A stretch of 64,000 nt of DNA, taken from the NCBI RefSeq assembly GCF_006345805.1, contig NC_042999.1, positions 70,680,001-70,744,000 of the forward strand, read 5' to 3'. The stretch is from Octopus sinensis (Eukaryota). The position numbers were made by a program, and so were the translations under genes. Shown piece by piece: positions 50,858 through 62,707 of the stretch; positions within the stretch are counted from its first letter, which is position 1; each line of letters begins with the position of its first letter. The notes beneath the pieces were generated by a model. That model saw only the letters and a list, made by a program, of their open reading frames with translations. It was not told the DNA's origin and did no database searches.

Positions 50858-53810
50858 CATCATCATCGTTTAACGTCCGCTTTCCATGCTAGCATGGGTT
50901 GGACGGTTCAACTGGGGTCTGGCAAGCCCGAAGGCTGCACCAGGCCAGTCAGATCTGGCAGTGTTTTTACAGCTGGATGCCCTTCCTAACGCCAACCACT
51001 CCGAGAGTGTAGTGGGTGATTTTATGTGCCACCGACACAGGTGCCAGACAAGGCTGGCAGATGGCCACGCTCGGATGGTGTTTTTTATGTGCCACCGACA
51101 CAGGTGCCAGACGAGGCTGGCTGACGGCCACGCTCGGATGGTGTTTTCTTATGTGTCACCGACACAGGTGCCAGACGGGGCTAGCGGACGGCCACGCTCG
51201 GATGGTGTTTGTTATGTGCCCTCAGCACGGAGGCCAGTCGTTGCGGTACTGGCTACGATCACGTTCGGATGGTTTTCTTATGTGCCACCGGCACTGGTAC
51301 CACAAGGATACAAATTCCATTGATGTTCATCTATTTTGATTTGGTTCGATTTGATTTGATTTGATTGATTCGATTCTCACTTGCCTCAACAGGTCTTCAC
51401 AAGTGTCACAAGAAGGAAGGTATGCACAGGTGGACTGACTACGTCCCAGGTAGGGGCCACGGATTATGGCTTCACTAGTCTTGCCGGGTCTTCTCACGCA
51501 CAGCATACTTCCATAGGTCTCGGTCTCTAGTCATTTCCATGGTGAGACCTAACGTCCGAAGGTCGTGCTTCACCACTTCGTCCCAGGTTTTCCTGGGTCT
51601 ACCTCTTCCACGGGTTCCCTCAACTGCTAGGGATTGGCACTTTCTCACACACCTATCTTCATCCATTCTCGCCACATGACCATACCAGCGCAATCGTCTC
51701 TCTTGCACACACAACTGATGCTTCTTAGGTACAACATTTCTCTCAAGGTACTAACGCTCTGTCGAGTAAGTACACTGACATTACACATCCATCGGAGCAT
51801 ACTGGCTTCGTTCCTCACAAGCTTACGCATGTCCTCAGCAGTCACGGCCCATGTTTCACTGCCATGTAGCATAGCTGTTCGTACACATGCATCATACAGT
51901 CTGCCTTTTACTCTGAGTGAGAGGCCTTTAGTCACCAGCAGAGGTAAGAGCTCCCTAAACTTTGCCCAGGCTATTCTTATTCTAGCAGTTACACTTTCAG
52001 CGCACCCGCCCCCACTACTGACTTGGTCACCTAGATAGCGGAAGCTATCAACTACTTCTAGTTTTTCCCCCCGGAAAGTGACGGAAGTTGTTTTCTGCAG
52101 ATTTTCGGAGGTCAATGCTCCAGAGCATCTGCCACATACAAAAACTATCTTCCCAGTTAGCCTACCTTTGACATTGCTGCACCTCCTATGTGTCCATAGC
52201 TTACACTGGGTACATCTTATAGAGTTTCTACCTACACCTTTTCTACAGATCGAGCAGGGCCATCTTCCTGAGGATATTTGTGGATTTTCTAACTTTCTAC
52301 TTATTAGTACTTTGGTTTTAGCTAGGTTGACTCTAAGGCCCCTCGATTCTAAACCCTCCTTCCACACCTGGAACTTCTCCTCCAGTTCTGATAGTGACTC
52401 AGCGATTAGAGCGAGGTCGTCAGCATAGAGGAGCTCCCAGGGGCAACCTGTCTTGAATTCCTCCACAATTGCCTGGAGGACTATGATAAATAGGAGGGGG
52501 CTGAGTACTGAACCCTGGTGGACCCCAACCTCTACCTTGAATTCTTCTGTGTACATGCTGCCAACTCTAACCTTACTTACGGCATCTCTGTACATGGCTT
52601 GCACAGCCCTCACCAGCCATTCATCTATCCCTAGTTTCCTCATTAACCACCAGATGAGGGATCGGGGGACCCTATCAAAGGCTTTCTCCATGTCAACGAA
52701 AGCCAGGTACAGGGGCTTATCTTTGGCTAGGTATTTCTCCTGCAGCTGCCTTACCAGGAATATAGCATCAGTGGTGCTTTTCCCTGGGACAAACCCAAAC
52801 TGCATCTCATCTAAACTAACTCTCTCTCTAATTAGTTGGGCTATGACCCTCTCCGTAACCTTCATTACCTGATCCAACAGCTTGATACCTCTGTAATTAT
52901 TTGTATCCAGGGCATCACCTTTACCTTTGTAGCAGTTGACTAGTATGCTGCTACACCAGTCATTGGGTATGACTCCTTCGTGTATCACCTGGTTGACTAT
53001 ACGGGTGACTAGGTTATAGCCGACACTGCCAGATATTTTGAGCATCTCTGCAGTAATTCCTGATGGGCCTGGGGCTTTCCCTGTCTTCATGCTTCTAATT
53101 GCCTTAGCTACCACGGAACTATCAACTCGGATAGCTGGTCCCTCTGTTGGGTCAACATTCGGCAGACTCTCTTTATCCCATTCATTTTCTTTATTCAGCA
53201 ACCTTTCATAGTGGCATCTCCAAACCTCTCTCTTTGCATCCTCATTTAGCGCAAGTGAACCATCATCCATGCGAACACACTTCTCTCCTACCACATCACG
53301 ATTCTCTCTCACACACTGTCTTGCAACATGAAATACCTCAAGTCTTTCATCCTCACGGCTCAGAACATTGGCAAATTTTTTCTTATCCGCTTCCCCTCTG
53401 GCTAAATAAACCTGTCTCCTAGCTTTCCTTTTGGCTGTCTGATACAATTCCCTGCTACCACCGTTCTTCCAGTCCTTCCAAGCCTGTCTCTTTTGTCTAA
53501 TAGCCCTGTCAACCACAGTGTTCCACCACCATGTTACTCTGGGTCGAGATGGTACTTTGCTCCATCCACAGATCTGGTCAGTGGCTGTCAGCAGATTGTC
53601 CCGTAGGAATCTCCAGTTGTCTTCCACATTAAGTGAAGCTATATCCCCTTCTATTTCGTCAGAGGCTTCGAGTAGTATGTCTCTAAATCTCTGTCCATTT
53701 GCAGGATCTTTAAGCTTCCAGACCCTTCTCCTCCAAGCTGGTCTTCTTCTGGGCAACCATTTAACTCTGATCCTGAAGTCGCTAACTACTAATCTATGTT
53801 GGGGAGTACA
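50856..53810 (-). mobile_element. RTE-clade LINE, 5'-truncated, RT nearly intact
   Basis: About 720 open codons with NYRGIKLL, QFGFVPGKSTTDAIF, FVDMEKAFDRV, GVHQGSVLSPLLF, LYADDL and FRYLG. A 1-bp deletion near 51712 shifts the C-terminal WYGHVARM...RGRPRKTW. About 620-bp 3' UTR with tandem units and a (GAT)n tail. Only the last residues of the endonuclease remain. Confidence 0.96.
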
Positions 53811-53833
53811 TTGTGTGTGTGTGTGTGTATTTA

Positions 53834-54664
53834 CAGGGGTTGGACAAAATAATGGAAACACCTAGCATAGAGCATCATAATTTTGAAATATCAATAAAAC
53901 CGTTGAAAGTTTGTTTATTTTTATGTTTTTTATTTATTATTAGTGTTGCTTAATATGTTTTGCTAAAATTGCTGTTACTTTTCAGATATCATCAGAAAAA
54001 GGTAATTAAAATTCATTGAAATGACAGATCTATCAAACTTCCAAAGAGGTGAAATTGTTGGTGCTCGAATGGCAGGCACTAGCGTAACAAAAACAGCTGA
54101 AATGTTTAGTGTATCAAGAACTACTTTCTGGAAAGTAATGACAGCCTTTGAGAAAGAGGGAAAAACCTCCTTGTTGAAACAAAACTCCAGAAGAAAACCA
54201 AAACTTTCAGATAGGGACTGTCAGACTCTTACGCGAATTGTTAGAAAAGATCACAAAAGTACAGCTCCCAAAATTACTGCAGAACTTGATGGCCACCTTG
54301 AAAACCCAGTTTCCACAAAAAACTCTTTGCTGGGAGCTGCACAGAGCCGGATTTCACGGGAGCGCTGCAATTAGAAAACCACTACTTTCAAAAACAAATG
54401 TTGCAAAGCATTTAGAGTGGAGTAAAAACCTACAGAATTGGTCCCAAGAGCAGCGGGAAAATGTTATTTTCTCAAACGAGTCATCCTTTACCTTTTTTCC
54501 AACCACTGGCCAAGTATACTTGTGGAGACAGCCAATTCAAACTTTGTATGAGTCCATACCTCATCTAATTCAAGCTGTAATTACTGCCAAAGGCGGTCTT
54601 AACCAATATTAAAATAAATTTGTTTGAAATTTTAAGGTGTTTCTGTTATTTTGTCCAACCCCTG
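53834..54664 (+). mobile_element. Tc1-family transposon, internally deleted (831 bp)
   Basis: TA-CAGGGGTTGGACAAAATAATGGAAACACC...GGTGTTTCTGTTATTTTGTCCAACCCCTG-TA. HTH MTDLSNFQRGEIVGAR..., GRKP-like RRKPKL and VIFSNES are present; most of the DDE core is missing. Confidence 0.93.
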
Positions 54665-54699
<35 letters not shown>

Positions 54700-56195
54700 T
54701 TGTCACTAAATGTGAGTAGGGTGTTAGAAACACCAACATTGTTAGAAATCAGAGCTAAAATGCTCTGATATTGTAGTTAATGCACATAAATGTAAATATA
54801 TACACTAAGAGGGACCTTAATTGTCTGAAAAATACTGATGTCAGTTTCAGTAGTTTCCATTGATTCATCATTTAAGACTGGCTCAAATCTTTGGCTAGAC
54901 ACATTTAGTGACAAGTATAATTCTCCTTTTTGGTGTAACATTGCAAACTGCTGTTTATATTAATTTTTATGTAATACACATTAGTGAATCACTAGATTAT
55001 CCATATAAAAGAGAAGTGAGCTGGTTCAGTCCCACTGCATGGCACCTTGAGCAAGTGTCTTCTACTATAGCCGTGAGCCAATCAAAACCTTGTGAGTGGA
55101 TTTGGTAGATGAAAACTAAAAAGAAGCCCGTCGTATATATATGTGTATATGTGTGTGTATGTCTTTGTGTCTATTCTTATCCACCACCCCATGCTTCACC
55201 TGACAACTGATGTTGGTGTGTTTTTGTCCCTGTAACTTAGCAGTTTGGCAAAAGAGATCAATAGAATAAGTACCAGGCTTACAAAGAGTAAGTCCTGGTG
55301 TCAATTTCTTTGACTAAAAGGTGGTGTTAAAGAATAAAAGAATACATGTAAAAACATAAAACCAAGAGATTTGAAAGTTGAATATATATCTATTTAACCA
55401 AGTGATTTCCATAGGTTTACAGCCATTTGTATATTTTTTCCTGTAATATCAATTTCAGTATGCAGGAATTTATGCATACATATTAGCATTAATATGTAAT
55501 AACGGCAGGGTTTTGACAAGAACTTCATATTGCCAGATTTCTCAGTCTTTTGTCATTTCCTCTGTAAAGCTTAGTCCTAAGGTCAGCCTTCACCGTTTCA
55601 TCCCATGTTTTTCTCATCCACAAGCTCCAACCACATCATCATTAAATGTCCATTGTCCATGCTAGCATGGGTTTGATAGTTTGACTAGGCTGGCATGGTG
55701 GAAGGCTGCACCAGACTCCAGTCTGATTTGGCATGGTTTTCTACAGCTGTATGCCTTTCCTAACACCAACCACTCCAAAGGTGTAATGGGCGTTTTTACA
55801 TGCCACCAGTATGGGTGCCATTTGTGTGACATCAGGGTGCTTTTACGTCCCACCAGCATGGGTGCCATTTGCGTGACACCAGTATCTGTCACAACTGTGA
55901 TTTTGCTCAGCTTGATGGGTCTTCTCAAGCATGACATAATGCCAAAGGTCTTGGTCATTACCTCTGTGAGGCTCAACACTTGAAAGGAACTCAGCCACTT
56001 TGTCTCCATGAGGCCCAACTTTCAAAAGGAACTCAAGCACTTTGCCTCTGTGAGGCCCAATGATTGAAAAGTTTTCTTTATGTACCACTAGCACAGGCCC
56101 ACTTGGCTTGATGGGTCCACTCAAGCGACAAGCAGGAACAGAAAACAAGTATTCTCAATACTAAAGAGACCTGGATGTCTTAAAACTGGTATATA

Positions 56196-57081
56196 CAGAA
56201 TGTCCCAAAAGTCACTGATAGGTTTCAGTTTTTTATAACAACCTTAACTTCACAAATAAATGCATGAAATTTTGATACAATATAAAAGACATAATGGAAA
56301 TTAATATGCACAAGTAAAATTTTGCAACACCATTATATTACATAAAAATATGACATCGCTTAAATTGCAGTCATTTTTGGCTTTGCATGCCCGTGCTCTT
56401 TCTAAAACTTGTACCACAACACCAGTAAGAGTTTCAGAACCCACTTTTCTGATTTCTCTATTGATATTCTCCATCATTTGCACGAAGGTTTCTAGTTTGT
56501 TGACGTAAACCCTTTCTTTCATGTATCCCCATAAGAAAAAATCGAGGCTAGTCAAGCCTGGGGAATGTGAAAGCCAGTTGACATTGCCGTAGTGGGAAAT
56601 TATTCTCTCTCCAAAGCACTGTCGTAGCAACTATATTGTTTCTCTTGCAGTATGAGCAGTTGCCCCATCTTGCTGGAACCATGTGTGAGGTCTACTTTGA
56701 ATGGCCTTCATGTTCCCCAGTCTTGATTAGTCCGGATATTTTTCTTGTGGGTATAGCTGAAAGAGAGGGTTTATGTCAACAAACCAGAGACCCTGGTGCA
56801 ACTGAAGAACATCAGTAAAAAAATCAGAGAAGTGGGGTCCGAAACTCTTGAGAGTGTTATGGTGCAAGTTTTGGAAAGAGCACAGACATGTGAAGCTGAA
56901 AATGGATGCCATTTAAGTGAGGTCATTTTTCATACGTGATGTACTGATGTTGCAAAATTTGACTTATGCATATTAATTTCCATTATGTTCTTTATATTGT
57001 ATCATAATTTTATGCATTTATTTGTAGAATTAATGAAGTTATTAAAAAATGAAACCTGTCAGTGACTTTTGGGACACCCTG
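56196..57081. mobile_element. Fold-back DD41D (rosa/Visitor-type) Tc1/mariner derivative
   Basis: TA-CAGAATGTCCCAAAAGTCACTGATAGGTTT...AAACCTGTCAGTGACTTTTGGGACACCCTG-TA. Both arms carry the transposase C-terminus in opposite orientations. The left arm reads WFQQD-41 aa-DFFLWGY. Confidence 0.85.
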
Positions 57082-57208
57082 TATAAACTTGGCATCTTTA
57101 GTGCCAAGTACTATCATAAAATGGCCATTTCACAACAAATAGACATAAACTGGAATTTCTAATAGTAATTGTTCATCCATTATCTTAAAATAATATCATC
57201 AGCTTTAA

Positions 57209-57428
57209 CCCTTTAGTATTCTGGTTATTCTGTCAAATTTAATGCTAATTTATTCACATTGTTTTGGGTTAATCATGCATTATCTGGTAGCTTTGAAATT
57301 TTGATGATGTGATTGTTTATTTTGAAAATGATATTGTAGGGTAGATGTAAAAGGCTGGTTATAGCCAGTTTGAACATAAAATGGGTAGAATATTTTGGCT
57401 GGATATGGCTGGTTTAAATGCTAAAGGG
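57209..57428. mobile_element. piggyBac-type MITE, 220 bp, TTAA TSD
   Basis: TTAA-CCCTTTAGTATT...AATGCTAAAGGG-TTAA, with both TTAA flanks intact. Confidence 0.82.
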
Positions 57429-58539
57429 TTAAGTGGCTACAGGCAGTTAAAAAATATTTAGAAACATAGTTTTATACTTCTTTTCTATGTCACCAGAGTC
57501 TGCAAAGTCATAGACATGCCTAAGGTTCTTTTTAAGTATTATATAAAATTATCTTAAGAGGAATAACAGTATCATTTAATAGATGTAGATGTGAATTTTA
57601 ATCAAAATTGTTTTTCGAATTACACTGTGGCAGGGATTTGAAACCTAACTGCTAGATGCTTGGATCAGACACATGGAAACCACTACAGTTTCTCCGCAAT
57701 AGGTCTATAAATTGACCAATCAGCATGAGGCTGTGGTGTAATATGGTTTTCTTGAATGTTCTACAATTTAACCATTTCTCCCCTACAAAAACAGCTTCTA
57801 GTGCTCAATTCATCACAGAATGTTGTAGGTGGATGACTGATTCATGTGCCTCCTTTCTTGGCAGGTAGATGGCCAATGGATTGCTGACACGACAGGTCAC
57901 CTTTGAGATTTGCACAGATAACTTTAGTATTTTCAGTATTTTGGACTGACTACATGAGGCCAAAAGATGGCTTTCTATATTTTCGGAGCAACTTTTCTCT
58001 CTCTCCCATTCAGCAATTATTTATATTGTTCATTATAACTAGCTAACACCAAATATCATTATGTCTGGTAATATAAAATTAGATGTGCATGAGTTTGCTT
58101 CAGCAATTATTCTCACAGCCAACAATATCCACTTGTACACTACACAATGTTAATAAAGCCATCCACTTCATCAATGATAATGCATACTTCTGAAGTTTAT
58201 CTTCATTGACCAGCTTAACCCAAGTGACAACCAAACCCTTGTGACAACACAATCATTTTATATGAGAACTCTAATAAATAACAAATGAAATAAAACAGTA
58301 GATAATTATAATCAACATACTAATATTGGTTTCAAATTTTGGAACAAGGCCAGTAATTTTAGGGAGGGGTTAAGTCGATTACATCAATCCCAATAATCAA
58401 CTGGTACTTATTGACTTTGAAAGGATGAAAGGCAAAGTTGACCGTGACTGAATTTGAACTCGGAATATAAAGATGGATGGAATGCTGGTATGCATTTTAA
58501 CCAGTGTGCTCATTTCCTTAATCAACACACTAATATTAA

Positions 58540-58855
58540 TACAAATGGGTAAAGACCCCCTTTGGTCATGAATGACCATGGTACTGCACCTAGAAAGTTA
58601 CCCTCTGAAGCATTAAGTCCGGGCAAAGTTGTTTATGGAAGACCAGCAGTCACCTGTGCAAACAAGTCTCCCCCTTTCACGCCACCAGTGTTATCCAAGG
58701 GAAAAGCAAAGGCTGACACAGCTTGGCACCAGTGATGTTGCAACTCATTTCTACAGCAAAGGGAACTGGAGCAAAGTGAAATAAAGTGTCTTGCTCAAGA
58801 ACACAATCTCATGATTGTGAGCTGACACTCTAGTTACTGAGCCATGCACCTTCAC
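58540..58855 (-). mobile_element. Decayed tRNA-derived SINE
   Basis: Minus strand GTGAAGGTGCATGGCTCAGT...TCTTGAGCAAGACACTTTATTTCACTTTGCTCCAG. Boundaries approximate. Confidence 0.55.
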
Positions 58856-59659
58856 AATATTTATATACGTGTTTTTAAAATACATCTGGACTACAGAAAA
58901 TGAACATATATGTCGCGGATTGCATTTTCAATTTAAATGCTTAGGCATTACTCTCCTGACGATCTAGCATCCCCACATGGAAACATTTAATCTTATTGTT
59001 CAGGGTTGAAAAATACTTCAAGCACATAAAAGTTACAATTAACAGGATATAAAGTTCAAGTAAGACACCCACAGCTCCCATTTGTCATAGCACAGTTGTT
59101 GCATACAGATATCTTAGAGCACATCTCCCTAAAGTCCAACAGATTGATTTGTCATGCAATGGCTCACCAATAACCAAAGACGTACCGTTATTTTCTGTCT
59201 TTTCTACCCCCACTACAATAACGTATGTGTTTCCAGAAATAGCACATCTTGTGTCGCCACCACTCAACCCCACCCAATTAACTCGTCATCCATGTTGTTC
59301 GTCCTCTTAGTAACCACTAGGAACACTTCTTTTTTTCATCTGAAATTCCCTCGCTGTCTGTTTTCTCGCAGTCGTAAACTTGCACTTGTTCAAGAACATC
59401 AATCACGCCGATCTCACCTTGACGGAGTTATGAATGAGATATTCTAAAGCTAATACGGATAGCTTTAAAATATTTATTTCTACCAAACAAATAGATATAA
59501 CACAAGGTGCCAGTATTTACGAAACAAATTCCACGCCTCAGAACAAGGAACCAATTAACTTGGGTAGCTAAGTAAAACACTATTAATTCAAGTTAAACGA
59601 AAGTATTCTCAAAACCTGACTAATCAGAACACAGGTTTCAATCTGCTGTTGAGAGAAGT

Positions 59660-59740
59660 AGCCAATCAGCGTCTTATTTATATTCACAAATAAAGTGTTA
59701 GTCTGCTCTATTGACGTCATTGTAAACTATAATGGCGGAC
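59660..59740 (+). promoter_or_regulatory. Likely proximal promoter of SLC25A32 (CCAAT, CRE, YY1-like motif)
   Basis: AGCCAATCAG at 59660-59669, perfect TGACGTCA at 59712-59719 and AATGGCGG at 59731-59738, 140-215 bp before the ATG in locally CpG-rich sequence. Motif-based only. Confidence 0.55.
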
Positions 59741-59876
59741 GCACCTGTGAGTTCGTCCGTTTCCACGAAATTGTTGTGTCAACGAGCCAGAACTTACTGC
59801 TTCTTTAATGCAGTTTTTATATGATAACCACAAGGAAACATTTTCTTTCGTTAAGTAAGTTGATTGCTAAAATATC

Positions 59877-60150
59877 ATGTCTAAAGTTGCGACGGCCGCA
59901 ACTGCTGTGGCAGTAATGGATGCTTCAAACGTGAAATCTAAAGTTTCTGTCCAGAACACATCAAATAACAACCGTTTACTTGGCTTGGCGGCCGCTACCG
60001 GTTCCTCATCGACCTCTTCGACATCTACATCGCGACCTCGACCAATAGTGAGGTGGCGTGACATGGAACATCTGGTTGCTGGCATCAGTGGTGGAGTACT
60101 TTCGACCCTAGTTTTACACCCTTTAGATCTGGTCAAAATAAGGTTTCAAG
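59877..60150 (+). CDS. SLC25A32: Mitochondrial folate/FAD carrier, first coding exon
   Basis: MSKVATA...[29 protein letters not shown] then G|gtaag. Carrier signature PxDxxKxR is present and the segment closely resembles human SLC25A32 [27 protein letters not shown]. Exon 2 not found in the window. Confidence 0.9.
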
Positions 60151-62669
60151 GTAAGACCAAAACATTGATGAAAGATCCCTAATGTTGAATTTTTCTTTCA
60201 GTTAATTTTTCTTTGCTGTGAACCATTTACTTTTGGTTTAGTACATATCTCTTTTCGATTTTAGTATAAATAATAATGAGAATAATCGCTAGAATTTCAA
60301 GAAGGCTGCAGAAAGCACACGCTAAAATAAATAATTAGTGGTATTTTAATGTTCCACGAGGAGTAGGGAAGTTTCGAGTACGGTCCCTTAATTTCATTTA
60401 ACGAAATGAAGTTTATACCTTCTCAAAGACGATTATCAACACAAAACGAAGCATTTTCGATTTTCAACCCGGTTTATAGATTTTAATTATTAGTTATAAT
60501 CGTTGTTCGTATGCCAACTATAATATCTTTAAAAAAGTAATGAATGTTGTATACTTGCCTCTTACGAAATCAAACCATGCCTTGTTGGTTGGTTATATCT
60601 ATATTCGAAGAAAATTGTTCAAAGTTATGAAAAATTATGAATAGAAAAAGAATAGCCAGCATGCAGGAAGTTCCCGATTGTTTCACTTTAGCTTTAATCA
60701 TACACTCACGTACGCATGTATTTGTATATCCCTAATTTTTTAAAATTATTATACAACTATAACTTACTCCGTTGTAAACATTGAACATTTTCTTCGTCTT
60801 TACCTCACTTCTCGATTCTTCGGTTTCAGTCATTTCACGTGTTTGAACTCCCAGAGGGTTCTTTCGAGATTTTGATTTGTAAACATTTGGTATTAATTTG
60901 TCTGAGTGAAACAAATCAAGATCAAGCTCCTACTATGTAGATTAACAGGTGAAAGTACTTCCAAGTTAAACATATCTTGTAATCGCTTAGGAAAATTAAA
61001 TAAAAAAAATTATTAAACCTAAAGCTATAACATTATTTATATTGTATCGTTTTATATATAATAAAATATAGTCGAATATATCCGGTTTTTCTTGCCTAGG
61101 GAAATATTTAGTAAAATGCGCTAATGGGTTATCATCTCTCGTTTATGCTAACATACATAATCAAAAGGCAACGTTTTCGTTAAATACGCATAAAATATTG
61201 CTTATAAAACAAGTTTAAATATATCCTTTATAATAACGCTATGTCTTTTATACACTTCTCGGAATTATGTATTGTATTTATAAATGTCTTTGTAAAATTT
61301 AAATGATTTTGAATGATGCTAAACAGCAGTATATGAATGAGAAATTCTGGTACCTTTTGTATGTCACCTCTTCAAAAAATAACAGAAAGTGGTTTAGATG
61401 CCTGTCATAAAGAGAAAATCGCCATGCGAATCTTTCAATTTTTAAAAAGTTAATCGATCCCATTGTGCGTTTCCAACGTCTCAAGATTTCAGATTTTAGA
61501 CATAAATAGCAAAATCAATAGCCGCTGGAAACCATCTAATTAATTTAATATCACGAAGGTGACACTAAAAGAGGTTGCTCATGTTTGTAAAGCTTATCTT
61601 AAAATGCGGAAATTATGATGCCCGTGAGATTTTATAACAGAAAGAGAAGAGTAAAAACCCCCATGAAAATATATTGTGAAAAAGTGACCATTTTCATTGT
61701 AGAGAATTACTGAGAAAGGTATGATGAATATGTCTGGGTAGCATGCATGTTAAATAAAAATTCATCGGTAATTTTTTTTTTTTAGCTAATACAAATCACA
61801 AAATCTGTATCTGCGTTGTACAATAGATATGTAAGTGCCAATGAATGAAACCCTCGGCCCTTAAGTCACCCTGTATCATTTGCTGATTAATCAACACACA
61901 CATGTATGGTCAATGCGGGTCCTCTACTTTAGTGTATTTAAGTGTTTATATTTTGCTTTTCACAACGTACCAGTTTGTTTTCAACAATAATGCTTGTACA
62001 CATTTTATGAAAAATCCTGTAGGTCGCAGAATCAGATGTTTTGTGGTGCTTGTTGCGATTCTTAACACTCTGAGTTCACCACATGGTCAAGTCTCTTTTA
62101 CTATAACTTCGGGCGACGGGCCGACCAAATTTGTGAGTGGATTTGGTTGACAGAAACTGAAAAAAGCCCGTCCGGCTATATATATATAGGCGGAAAGAAA
62201 TTCATAAATTATTTTTTTTATTTAAGTGTAATGGAAAATAGTTTAAAAAATGTTTTAGATTCATTTATTTTTCGTTTGAGTTATAGAAAAAAGTTTAAAA
62301 AAAGATCCCATGTATCATGGCGAGAGAAACAAATTCATGAATACGGTGTTTAATATGGTTTCACCTTGATAAAAAAAAAGTTAAGGGCTATTTAGCTGTT
62401 TTTCTCAGTGTGCTTAAATTGCGCTGAATATCCAATGGGATTGCTCGGTTTGGCTCATTCCTTAAAGGTCTTCATTTTCGAAGACTAAATTCTTTCTCTT
62501 CGAAAGTCCTCTCCCCATCCCTTCGAAAGCAAAAATTCCCTCACAAATTTCTTTATAATCGGTTCGTTGGCACAAACTTTTGTTCTCGTCATTCGTTTAA
62601 TGTACATATTTTTTTTTTACACCTATTACACTTTTTTTTTTGTTGGTGGCCGGATGTTAAAGTAAACGT

Positions 62670-62707
<38 letters not shown>

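Noticed and set aside
51645-53861. 738-aa ORF as a complete protein starting MFPLFCPTPVNTHTHTQ
   Set aside because: The first codons come from the neighbouring Tc1 TIR and (CA)n tract; the element is 5'-truncated and frameshifted near 51712.
51634-53865. Plus-strand ORFs of 91-139 aa over the RTE (also ORFs antisense to CR1 and RFC1 exons)
   Set aside because: These are antisense shadows of real coding frames with no recognisable domains.
36000-59876. Declaring RFC1 and SLC25A32 a head-to-head pair on one bidirectional promoter
   Set aside because: They are divergent, but the RFC1 first exon is unlocated and a second candidate promoter exists at 44.5-46.7 kb.
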